Source: Squalus acanthias (lineage: Eukaryota). From it: 64,000 bases of DNA. Shown in pieces: positions 49,480-61,104 of this stretch. Both the position numbers and the translations under genes were made by a program. The DNA is taken from contig CM059429.1 of NCBI GenBank assembly GCA_030390025.1, positions 32,736,001 through 32,800,000 on the forward strand, written 5' to 3'. Positions within the stretch are counted from its first letter, which is position 1; each line of letters starts with the position of its first letter. Below the pieces are notes generated by a model. It searched no databases. It saw only the letters and a program-made list of their open reading frames with translations, and was not told the DNA's origin.

Positions 49480-50435
49480 TGAAAGAAACCTAGGCGGTCT
49501 GGTGCATGAGTCTCTAAAGGTCCATGACCAGAAGCTATAGTGAAAGCCATTAGAGAAGGACTTGAAAAAGAAAAACTTTTATATAGCACTTTTTACAAAC
49601 TCAAGATGTCCCAAAGCACTTTACAGCCAATTAAGTACTTTTGAAGTGTAGTCAATGTTGTAATGTAGGAAACACAGCAGCCAATTTGCACACAGCAAGG
49701 TCCACAAACAGCAATGTGACAATGACAAGATAATCTGTTTAGTGATGTTGGTTGAAGATAAATGTTAGCCAGGATACTGGGGAGAATGCCCCTGCTCTTC
49801 TTCAAAATAGTCTTTTGGGGCCTCAGTTTAATGTTTCATTCAATAGATGGCACCTCCAACAGTGCTGCATCCCTCAGTACTGCACTGGCGTGTCAGTGTA
49901 GATTTTGTGCTCAAGTCTCTGGAGTGGAACTTGAACCCACAACCTTCTGACTGAATATAAGCTTTGTAAGCATAGAACTAGGTTAGATATCAGAAGGTTT
50001 TCTTTTTACAGGGGCCATTGACTTTTGAAATGTTGTCAACGCATGCAGTAGATGCAGATTCACTGCAAATGTTCGAAAGGGAGCTGAATGAGGTGCTGGA
50101 TATTGCTACATATAAAAGGTAGGTGGGATGTTGGGTAATGTACCTCATGATCACCGTTATCTCCTGGAACTCATTTTTGTTCGCCTTTGAGGGCCAGAGA
50201 GGAATTTCCTCGAATTCTTTTCCCCTGAATTGGCCTGGGAGATCACATGGCTGCTGGTAGGTTGGGAGCATACTGTTGCCTAGCAGACGTGCTGGACCAG
50301 CTGGTCTTTTGCTGTCCATCTATTTTGCATGTTCGTATGTATGTGTCAAAGCATATTGAAGCACTGGATAGGGTTCAAACAAGGGCCACAAGGATGTTTC
50401 CAGATCTTAGATCATTAAGTTATGAGAAAAGGATC
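49480..50435 (+). mobile_element. Fragmented CR1 with a DeuSINE inside
   Basis: RNLGGLVHESLKV at about 49485, 3' end region at 49965-50343, KHIEALDRVQTRATRMFPDLRSLSYEKR at 50349-50432. Confidence 0.65.
49563..49953 (-). mobile_element. DeuSINE (SacSINE1-like), near full length
   Basis: tRNA-like head (GGGTTCAAGTTCC), Deu-domain-like TCACATTGCTGTTTGTGGACC-TTGCTGTGTGCAAATTGGCTGC, and an L2-type tail. Confidence 0.8.
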
Positions 50436-50666
50436 TCAAATTCTTCTCATCAGAAGAAATACCTGGTTTGGTGGGGAGCGAGTTGGCAAGTGACATACAT
50501 ATGGCTAGATTAATGCAGTTAAAGGCATAAGGGAAATCAAAGAATGCAACAAAACCTTGAGCTCTCGAACAGTGAGGGCAGTTGGATGCTGATTTTAAAT
50601 TTGGTAACACAGACTGACTACACACATTGAAAATAACTATTTACTATTCCAACAGATATCTTTATA

Positions 50667-51176
50667 ATATAAACTCTGCTGCCAGTGTCCTAACTCGCAC
50701 AAAGTCCCATTCACCCATCACCTCTGTGCTCGCTGACCTACATTGGCTCCCAGTTAAGCAAAACCTCGATTTTAAAATTCTCATCTTTGTTTTCAAATCC
50801 CTCCATGGCCTCACCCCTCCCTATCTCTAAACTCCTCCAGCCCTACAACCCTCCAAGATATATGCGCTCCTCTAATTCTGTCCTCTTGAGCATCCCCGAT
50901 TTTAATCGCTCAACTATTGGTGGCCATGCCTTCAGCTGCCAAGGCCCCAAGCTCTGGAATTCCCTCCCTAAACTTCTCCACCTCTCTACCTCTCGTTCCT
51001 CCTTTAAGATGCTCTTAAAAGCTACCTCTTTGACCAAGCTTTTGGTCATCTGCCCTAATATCTCCTTACGTGGCTCAGTGTCAAATTTTATTTTATAATG
51101 CGGTTGTGAAGCGCCTTAGAACGTTTTACTACGTTATAGGCGCTATCTAAATACAAGTTGTTATTGTTGTTGTTGT
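50667..51176 (+). mobile_element. L2 LINE 3' end
   Basis: NSAASVLTRTKSHSPITSVLADLHWLPVKQNLDFKIL; (TTG)n tail. Confidence 0.9.
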
Positions 51177-51236
51177 AATGGACACGTGTTCTAAGAATTA
51201 TTATTGTATAGCCACTTGGTATTATGAAAGCTCATT

Positions 51237-51928
51237 AGCCTAGATTATGGCCCATTTTCTGATGCGTAACCAGCAGTGCTCAGACAGCACGCACCCCAAC
51301 CGGGAAGCCCGTGGCCAGCAGTGCTCAGACAGCACGCACCCCAACCGGGAAGCCCGTGGCCAGCAGTGCTCAGACAGCACGCACCCCAACCGGGAAGCCC
51401 ATGGCCAGCCCAAAATTGGGCCTCAGCCTCATTAACATTTTCTGGGCGAGCTGCCAACACCTGTCGCACCTCCACAGGCAGCTCGCCTATTTTACATCGA
51501 TGAAATTTGAGCCGCTAGCCACGCTGGCAGAGGCCTGAAGGAAAGTTGCTGGGGTGGGTGGAGCAGCAAAGTGGGGGCGATCGGGATACTATGGAGCCGG
51601 GGATCACTTCTGCTCCTCCTGGCTCCACTGAATTGTTTTTTATTGTTGTTAAAAATGTACCTTTTGATGGTGGCCGCAGTGGCCACTAAAGGATCTGGAG
51701 CAGAGCAGGCCCCACTCCTGCTCCACTCTGCGATGTCAAATATCATTTACATATCTAAGGGACCTGTTTTAGGTGGCTACCAGGGACCTGAACAATGGCC
51801 CGATCCAATATCGGGTCGAATGTCTTTCATGCGTCCTTTGGCCGTGGGACGTTGGTCCCCAAAATTGGCCCTCGTTGCGCCGGTTTTACACCCATAAAAC
51901 GGCTGCAATGAGCTCCAATTTCTAGGCC
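51237..51928. mobile_element. Harbinger-type MITE
   Basis: Imperfect TIRs AGCCTAGATTATGG / CCAATTTCTAGGCC. ATT flanks at 51234-51236 and 51929-51931. Confidence 0.75.
51270..51409. repeat. 45-bp tandem repeat, 3.1 units
   Basis: CCAGCAGTGCTCAGACAGCACGCACCCCAACCGGGAAGCCCRTGG three times, one substitution. Confidence 0.95.
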
Positions 51929-53239
51929 ATTTTTTGGTAGAGCTCTTTTTTGACCTGACGTGCTGCTGGACTGACTGTGGGAAGCAGCTATAAAGGTTTG
52001 TTTTCTTGGAAAGAGTGGCAGTCACCTGAGAAAAGCAGCATGACATGGACAAGGTTAATACCAGTTCTGAGACCCACAGGCATGTCAAATGAGTCAGAAG
52101 CATAAAAAGGTCCATGCTGCTGTGACCTTTACAATTACAGGCAGAGCATGAGTTCTGACAGAATTGGCATCAAGATCCCTCTCAACTCAAAACTGAGGTC
52201 CAGCTTGCCTGCCTATTGATGCAGATCAGCTGGGTGTCCATCTGGCCCAAGTAAGTAAGAAGTTATTAGGCAAAGTTAACCACTCTCCAAGATTTCTATG
52301 ACATTTCCTAACTTGTCCTGTCTGCATCAGATAAATTAGGACCATGAAGCCATAAATATAATAAAAATCAATGCTGTGTGGTTTTCATATTGTTTGTTGA
52401 TAATTAGTAGGAACTGGAGTTTCCTGTAATTCTACTTGCTGCAATTTGCTGGTCGGCAGAACTTTCTGAATACCACCTACATACTGATCTGCAGTGGCCT
52501 GGTTCCAAGTTGGTGCTAAATGTCACATTCACTTAAAAATCTATAGCTGACTACATTTTCTGCAAAAAAAAGGCACAAAGTGAATACTCCACAGCCATAA
52601 AAGGCCAGAAAATGGAAACATTTGAAGGAACGCATGTTACAGGTCTGCATAACCTTTGTAAGTAACCTGCTTTTTAGCCACAGTCTGGTCAATAAAGAAA
52701 GTAACGTGTTGACCAATCAGAGCTGTAGCCTGGATTATCCAATGTGTTTTGTTGGGTGGGGAGGGAGGGGCCAAAGGGCGATCTGATGCCAGGATATGTG
52801 AGTGCCCAAATTGCAGCTGACTGCTGCTGTCATGCAGGGTCAGACTTAGAAACTAATGATGGGACTCCAAGTGCTGAAGGCACAAGACTTCGTTTCTTTA
52901 TTGGAGCTCCTTCACTGCCTTTTCCTCACTTCATACAGTTGTCAGCGTCACACGAGCAGCCGCAGCAGCCAGTAAGCTTGTACGCACAGCCAAGATTTGA
53001 CATTTCTCAATACTCTCAATCCACTGATTGCATTTGAAATGACTCAGACATTGATAACGGGGACTCGCCACAGAGACTGACACTATCAAATCAATAATTG
53101 TTTCATTTTGGGGGCTCGTCCAACGTATTCAAACCCTTCTACTTTACAAGATCGGTAGCGTAGAATCAGGCTATTTGGATTATTACAACTTAAACTTTAC
53201 AATATAACAATGTATTCTCAAATTTGTATGTATGATATG

Positions 53240-53665
53240 TCAGCTCGCTCAGTGGATTAAGTGAACCACTTGGCATGGTACTATTCCATGTAGGCTAGCA
53301 GGCTCCCAGGTTTAATCCGCAATGCGTATAAAGTGAGCTGAATGTTATCCAGGGTGGGCAGGGGTGCTACAATCGGCCTGGGTCTTCCTGAGAAAGGGAG
53401 GGGGGAAAAATCGTCAAATTTCCCACTCCTGATCACTATCCAGTATTATTAACCCTGCTCAAAAAGGTATGTGCGCAGATGTCATGGGCGTATTAGCTCA
53501 GGCTCAGCTATGATGCCCCCATGGTTGAACAGCCTGCCTCACTGTCTAGCTTACCCCATGAAGAATGGCATTTGAGCGAAGTACTGGCAATTGCAGGTGC
53601 CCAGGGAGCTGTAGCCCAGGGTGTGTTTGCAGCTTCAGAAAAGGACAGGAAACATTTGGGCAAAA
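53240..53665 (+). mobile_element. tRNA-derived SINE (family B), near full length
   Basis: GCTCAGTGG A-box-like and CCCAGGTTTAATCC B-box-like head. Body shared with three other copies. Confidence 0.6.
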
Positions 53666-54299
53666 ATAGATCAACGGCACGAAAAATAGATAATGTTGGT
53701 CAAAGGTGGAAAAAAGTGGACCCGGCAGTAAGCTTAAGGCTGCAGCCCCAATCAGGAGGTCAGGGGTCATCATTCAAAGAGCAATGATCCGTTGGTTCAT
53801 GAATATTCTGCATCCAAAGGGTAGAATACAGTCTTTAACTCGCGCACTGTTTTATCCTATGACAGATGACAGTATAGAATTTTAAGTTAAATATTTAGCA
53901 TTTATGTGAAGGTTCCCTGGTTTCTTTTCATTTTGAGAGGCACTCCAGTGCATGAGTCCAGTGGTGAATAATGTTCATCAAAATGTATTGTATTCCTTTG
54001 TGACATGGTTACAGTAGGTGCATAGGAAGTTAATTTGAAGTAAATTACAGGGACGTTCCATACACCCAATATATATATCTTAGATTAGACTATTAAAAGG
54101 ATTGTAATCACCAGCTGCTGAGAGAACACAAGGGGAGGGCTTCATTAGCAGTTCCAAAGCAGATTGATATTTAAAACCTGGGCTAACTGTAATACAATAT
54201 AAACAACTTCTCTGATTTGAGATAAGCACAGAAAAGCGCGCAGCTTGCTTAACTGTCATGATTTAATTTGAAAGTGAAATTCTTTATGGTATTTTCTAA

Positions 54300-54890
54300 A
54301 CAGTCTAATTTTAACACACCCTGCCCAGCAGGAACAGGCGTGCAGTTAAAATAGCTGTGCAAAGACTTGCCGGCCCCTTCCTGCTCAATTCCTGCCCGCC
54401 GCCATCTTAACTGAGCACTTTTCTTAGGCAGCTGGGGCACCCGCTTGAGTCCGGGACCAGCCTCGTTAACACGTGCTAATTCGGACCGTATGGGCTTCAT
54501 AGGATCCCAATGGAAATTTTAATGGCCTCAGTAAAACCGAGTGGGGAAGAAGAGGATGCCCTTAATGGGGCCAGGAAGAGCAGGAGTGCTTCTTCAGGCC
54601 CCACAAGAAAAGTCTAGGTCTCTGCTGCCCAGGGTTCCTTCCGCCTTCCCTCCCACGAAATGGCTCCGACTATTCCCATCCCCCCCACAACTTAGCTTGG
54701 TGCAGCGGGCAGCGGACAGCCTCCAGGCCATGTGATTGTAACCAATCGGAAGCCGGCCAGTCCCCACAGTCTGCCTGTGTCAGAGGGGCAGCTGGATGGC
54801 GGGATGCAAATAATGTCAGGCTGTTAAAATTGGTCACGGCCTACCAGAGGGACTCACGGGCGGAAAGGCCATCAGCTCCCCTGGATTCCT
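54300..54890. mobile_element. Degenerate GC-rich MITE
   Basis: Shares the ATTTTAAC...GCAGGAAC start and the GGCCCCACAAG motif with 55800-56130. Confidence 0.5.
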
Positions 54891-55799
54891 CCCTTCTGTT
54901 TTATGCTGTTTACCGTGATATCCTAAAATAATTTTAGAGCGCAATTAATCATTACAGCAGTTATTAGTATTTATATTAGTTATTGTTTGATCTGCTTATA
55001 TGTGTGGCTTTTGAGGGTTCTGGTGCAGTCACACTGTAATGTGGTTAGCTGATCAACATTAATCGCCACTTTAAGGTTTAAGATGGTAAATTTTTATAAC
55101 AATTTAAAGCAAAAAAATTATTCATGAACTTCTGATGGATCATTCTTTACAACACATTTGTTTCAACTGGTGTCTCCATAGGTGAAGAGCAAAGAGTGTG
55201 TTTAAAACTAATCGTGTAGGGAAAAGTATTCTTGCAAAAAATCCATAATGATCATGTTTATTTGAATTTAGATAACACATCTAAGTAATTCAGTATTTTG
55301 AAAACCGGCAAAACCTTGTTCAATTGTTAATTGTATGATTTATGAAAACCACTACAGCTAATGAGGGCATGTGTTCTCCTTCAGGGCACTGGCAGTTAGT
55401 ATATCCATCAGTGTAATACGTTCAAATGAGGAGTAACTACGGCAAGATTGAAATCATTCTCTGGAGGCACACAGCAGAACAGCTAAGGATTTACATAAAC
55501 AAAAATAAGTAAAGAGTGGCCCCTTGTGGTCAGACTCCTGGCTTTGAAACTGCTGAGAAAATTCTTTTGATGCCTTGAAATTTTGCACAAAGATATTTTT
55601 AATAAATGACAAGGTAAGATTTTGTTCCTGTTTTAAGGATTGAATCTCACGCGGATATAACGAAATTCTAAAATTTTGAGGTAAGAAACAAAAAAGGGAC
55701 TTGTTAAATTATCACTATGCAAACTGCAGTATTGCGAAGGCATGAATTTTTTTTTTCCAAAAAACTTGCTATCAGTAATTTGTTACAAATTAACGCTTT

Positions 55800-56130
55800 G
55801 GGCTCGATTTTAACTCCCGGGCAGGAACACAGCAACACGAGCAGCCGGCCCGTTTGGGAGCAGGAGCAAGGAGGCAGACTTCGTTAATATGCTGCTGGAC
55901 CACCTCCCAACCAAAACACCCGAAAAGTCGGTGGGAAGCCGTTAAACCTGGGCGACAGGAGGTAAGTGCTCCTGAAAGGGAATCCTGCTCGAGACAAGGA
56001 GGGTTATAGCCCAGGGCATGGGAAGCCCAAGGTCCTCCTGCTCCTCTTGGCCCACAAGGAAACTAAAAACACATTTTTTGAACTTCCCTTGCTGGGCCCT
56101 TTCTGTACCCAGCAGGATTTGCCTCGAGGG
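55800..56130. mobile_element. Harbinger-type MITE fragment
   Basis: Starts GGGCTCGATTTTAAC (TIR-like) and contains the CTCCTGCTCCTCTTGGCCCACAAG motif. Confidence 0.5.
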
Positions 56131-57069
56131 TTTTATTGATAAGTTCTGAAACGTGATTTGAGTAGAAAGGTGCGTCAAGTGCATTTAGAACATATTACGC
56201 AAATTTCTGTAATAATATAATTCATCAGTGTCACTTTTGCTGTGGCGATGCCTACTTCATCGTCTTCTCCATTTTGATGAGCACAGCAATGGATGGTGGT
56301 GGGCTGACACAGCTTGTGTAACCTCATCACACTCAACATGCTATTGATATCTACTCCCTAGGATTGGTACTTCAACCACCACATCCATTTTTATTTGCCT
56401 CAAGTACAGGATAAAATAAACAAGTGCCAAAATCAATAATTTATTCATGAATCAGGGGTGCGTTACTCTAAATATTTATTTGCTTTTGAATATAGTAAGT
56501 ACCGACCTTCATTTAATGTCCCCCATTGAGCCTTGTAAGGGACAGTATTATGCTCTGTTTAATTTTTGAATATTTTTAGCACCATCAGACGGAATCTTGC
56601 TTTAATGCTCTGCAGATTGCATGTTATCAAGAAATATGTTATTTTATAAATTGAAGTAGGATTCTTTGACATTATATTGTAGAGATGATGATTACTCTAG
56701 GCTTTTCTTGGTTATTATTGCTTAAGAGAATAATTGGAAAGCTGCAGTATTCAACATATATTTTTAATGCGAAAGCACCTGCAATTATTTTAAATATGTG
56801 GAATAGGTAAATTGAATATCAAAATTATAGAGCATTTCTAACAGGCTGCTCACAAACTAAATCTAGACTGAATATCACTCTGGCATAGCAATCACAGAGC
56901 AACTTCCTCAGTGGATTGGAGAATCTGGTTCTATGAAATGTCATTAAAAAAGGACTAATCCATTTAAGAGATAAGCTAGCATGATTTAACCCTTTCGCTG
57001 ACAGAACCCTATAAATTCTGTGCATACTTTTGATGAAAAATGTGTCCTAAGCAGAGATTCTAAAATGTA

Positions 57070-57158
57070 AAATAAAAACTGAAAACACACAGCTAATTGA
57101 TGAGCATGTGAAAGGGAAAGGTAGATTAATATTTCATCTGTTGTCCTTCATCAAAATG
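57070..57158 (-). mobile_element. Highly decayed Penelope-like terminus
   Basis: Minus strand TTGATGAAGGAC...GAAATATTAATCT is collinear with the family 1 hammerhead region. Confidence 0.35.
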
Positions 57159-57869
57159 TGTATCTCTGTCAGAATTATTCTTCACAATTTTAAAATGCCC
57201 CGTGAACATTTTGAGCTCAAGCACTTCCTGGTTCCTGTTGTTTTGATTATTTCTTCCATCCTTTTTTTTATCTAGTTTTCTTTACCCATTTGTTCCTTCA
57301 CCCCCGCACTGTGTTTATTCTCTAGCTAAGAGATGGGCAGACAAATTCCTCCAGACTACTGATTGCTTGGAAGCATGTGAGAGCAGGCCAAGATCATGCA
57401 CATTTCAGTGTTCCCTTCTTACCTGTGAATAGTACCAAACCTCCAGCACCTCCCACATCATAAAGTCACCGAGAACCCTTCTGCAAGTGCAGCAATACAC
57501 TGTGTCAGTTTTTATAACCCCTGTTAATATTGACCATTATGTTGTAGCCTGACCCTAAAATCTACTGGAACGTTATGGTCCTAATATAAGTTTTCTAATT
57601 TAGATAGATAGTTTGATTATTGGTAACGAAAAAAGATGAATTTCTGAAAAAACACAGATCATTCTCAGAAAAGTGTTAAAACAATTAATAGCTAAAAGTA
57701 CACCCAAAAAACTTTCCTAAAGGTTAGTTTGCCTCCTGGCATCAACATAGATTTTAATCTTCTTGGCCATATAGTGTACATAAGATGGTTTGAGCCGCAT
57801 GGTCCTGCACAGACTAAAAACATTCCAACTGCGTCTTGGATCGCAATTCCATGGACAACTAGTTAGATT

Positions 57870-58485
57870 AGACTAAAAACAAAGGCTTAAAAAAACATAC
57901 AACAAAGTTAAAGCTAGTGATGCAAAAGGGAAATACCATAAACTACAAATGGAAACCAAAAAAGAGAGGTAAGAAGAGCTAAGAAGTATGAAAAAGAAAC
58001 GTGCAGCCTAAGTAAAGGGAAATAGCAAATACTTTTATAAATACATTAGGAAAAAGATAATCATTAAAGAGAGGTGGGGCCACTCAGAATTGAACATGCT
58101 GAGATTATTATGGTAGATAAGGAATTGACAAGGTAGCTTAATGAGAACTTTGCTTAAACATTTGCAGAGAATGAAGGAACTCTTCAAAGTCTTGGAAACA
58201 AGAAAGTAGAAGGGCAATGATTAAAATATATGCACTAATAAGAAAACAGTTGATAAAGGGTCTGACGGCATTAACATTTTATAAGTATGCAGGATAAGAT
58301 GGAATGCTCCCCAGAACTCTCAATGAGGAAGTAATGGAGAAACCAACCATATTTTTAAAAATTCATTAGAGAAGAGAGCTGTTTCAAAGGATTGGAGGCT
58401 GGTATGTGTTATACTTCTGTTCAAAAAGAGGGAAAAGAATAAGCCAGGTAACTATTGACCATTTAGTTTTGTCAGTAATAAGAAA
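57870..58485 (+). mobile_element. CR1 ORF2 fragment
   Basis: KGNSKYFYKYIRKK...AG*DGMLPR...DWRLVCVILLFKKREKNKPGNY*PFS. Confidence 0.85.
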
Positions 58486-59991
58486 GTGAACAGAGATTAA
58501 TTGAACTGAGGAGGTTCAGTGTTGGAACAGGCCGTAAACTTTATTTCTGGAGTTTGATGGTGATTTTCCTGATGATTATTTTTCTTTTTCTTTCTGGGAC
58601 CTGTACTGTATTTTACATATCTTTGAATGCTTTATTATCGCCTCAGAATCTGTAACATTAAAGAGAAATGGCAGGTGATGCCTACATATTTACTCAGCCT
58701 TATGTGTTGTTTATAAGATATGTTGGATCATTTTTGCATATATTTTCAAGTTTGTTAATCTTACTATTTTTGTGTCATGGTCCTGTGCATGGAAGTTGTG
58801 CACATATTTAATACAACTTTTACACTTATTATTTACCATAAAATTTAATAAAGGTAATCGCAATCTTGTTAGTACAATCTTGAAAGTTATTAATGTTGTG
58901 ATGTTTTAATGCATGATTAAACATTTTATGAAGCAAAAGGATTGCTGTTTGAAGAGGCAGTAAAAGTAAATTAGATGCCTTTGATTTACAGTTTTTTTTT
59001 CTTTTAAACAGCATATGAAGCAGGGCAGTCACACGGTCCAGATATGGGTGAAGTATGTGATTTCAATCAGAATAAGCAGGCATGTACAACACTTCTTAGA
59101 TTTCTTGTTAAGATACAGTGGTTGCTTCACAATAACTGATACCGAGGCCACACAGACTGTGGATGGGCCCTGTCAGACTTGTTGGTGTGGCCACAGCATG
59201 ATGAAACTTCCTGGCAAAAGTTGCCAGAAAAAAAAATAAAGAACAAAGATTTTGAAGTTCTTGGCTACTAGCAGCTTTGTAGTGGCACATTGCTAATCAA
59301 GTACAAGGCGAAGATTTCTAGATCTTGAGCAGTTGAAATATCGTCGGTACCTCTATGTTAACACAGTTGTAGACATTTTGAAGTGTTTGTTAGGTCTTGT
59401 AGGAAGCTAATTTTATCTCAGATTCCACAGACAACGTTGGGGGGCCACAACGTTTTGAGCTTAGCTGCTGTGCCACAGGACTGTAAAAGCCGCAGGTGTT
59501 TTCTGACAAAATCTTTACATTCTTCTCTTGCACTTAGCCATAAGCAAAACAAAGAGGCGGTGGATTAAGCTGCATACAGGTAATAACAGATGTGAAAGAT
59601 ATTTTACATTACATTTAGCCAACACAGGAGGTCTCTGATGATGTCAGATCAGACACCCTAGCAACCGTGAAAGAAAACTTTACCACCAGCCACGCTGAAA
59701 ACCTCAGTCTGCTGAGACTGGCATCTAATCACGGTTTATCCAGTCAACAAGTCCCTGAGGTCCAAATGAAACTAGCAAAACCATAATAACCCATAGCATT
59801 CAATGCCAGGTGCAATGTATGCTTGCAACAGTGCTACGTCCTGAACCACTGTGGTAAATACACACTATAGCTAGATCAACCCTACCAGGTGCCATCTTGA
59901 GTTATTCCTGTAGGTATGCTTAATCCATGAAACTTTCAGTAAAGAATAACGTGGCAATTTGGTGTAGATTTAGGTGTGGATAATAGAATGC

Positions 59992-60571
59992 AACAAGATA
60001 CAACAACAACAACTACTTGTATTTATACGGCATCTTTAACGTAGTAAAACATCCCAAGGAGCTTCACAGGAGCGTTGTAAAACAAAATTTGACACCGAGC
60101 AACACAAGGAGATATTAGGGCAGATGACCAAAAGGTTGGTCAAAGAGATAGGTTTTAAGGAGCATCTTAAAGGAGGAAAGAGAGGTAGCGAGGCGGAGAG
60201 GTTTAGGGAGGGAATGCCAGAGCTTAAGGCCTTGGCAGCTGAAGGCACGGCCACCAATGGTGAGCGATTAAAATCAGGGATGCTCAAGAGGCCAGAATTA
60301 GAGGAGCGCAGATATCTCAGAGGGTTCTGGGGCTGGAGGAGATTACAGAGATAGAGAGGGACGAGGCCATGGAGGAATTTGAAAACGAGGATGAGAATTT
60401 TAAAATTGAGGCGTTGCTTAAATGGGAGCCAATGTAGGTCAGCGAGCACAGGGGTGATGGGTGGACGGGACTAGGTGCGAGTTAGGACACCAGCAGCAGA
60501 GTTTCGGATTACCTCAAGTTTACGGAGGGTAGAGCATGGGAGGCCAGCCAGGAGTGCTTTAGAATAGTCAA
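59992..60571 (-). mobile_element. L2 LINE 3' end
   Basis: LADLHWLPFKQRLNFKILILVFK...LRSS; (CAA)n tail at about 60001. Confidence 0.9.
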
Positions 60572-61104
60572 TACAGGCAAAAGAAACAGGAAAATAAATA
60601 AAGATACTTAAATTTATGTAATGAGTAGTAGACATTGATTTCAGTGAAGTCTGATAGGACTCCCTATTAAGGTCCTCCTGTCAATATATTGCCTTGTTTC
60701 TAATTGTCTCAAGTTTTGTTCTGTGAAGTACCTGTTACGGATATGATGGGCAAGGAAGAAACAGGCAGATAGTGATTAGACAACAGTAAAGAGAAGCTGT
60801 AAGAGAACTAAAAAGATTAGTGGACTAGTACAGGGAATATTATGATTATACCATCTACTGTAGAAGAGATATGGGGGGCTAAACTGGATAAGGCCTGAAA
60901 ATGGGCGCGGGGATTGCAATGTGCGATCTGCCCGCACTACCAATGCACTGCTGGTTGGCTCAGTGCCCAACAGGGGGCCCAAAATCGTGTGGTGTCTGTT
61001 CTCTATTTAAAGGTTGCCTACATAGTGAAAGGCTGTCTGCACTTCTTAAAGGGGAGGTGCTTTGTGAGAGAAGTACTTCACTGTGACTGAGCTGCAACTT
61101 AGCA

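Noticed and set aside
51270-51409. CRISPR array
   Set aside because: Head-to-tail repeats without unique spacers, no cas genes, eukaryotic context.
56715-56727. miR-137-like string TTATTGCTTAAGA
   Set aside because: The match stops after 13 nt and the flanks do not fit the miR-137 precursor.
1-60800. Short ORFs in the six-frame track as host genes
   Set aside because: None is a recognisable host protein. The meaningful ones are broken transposon frames or their antisense.
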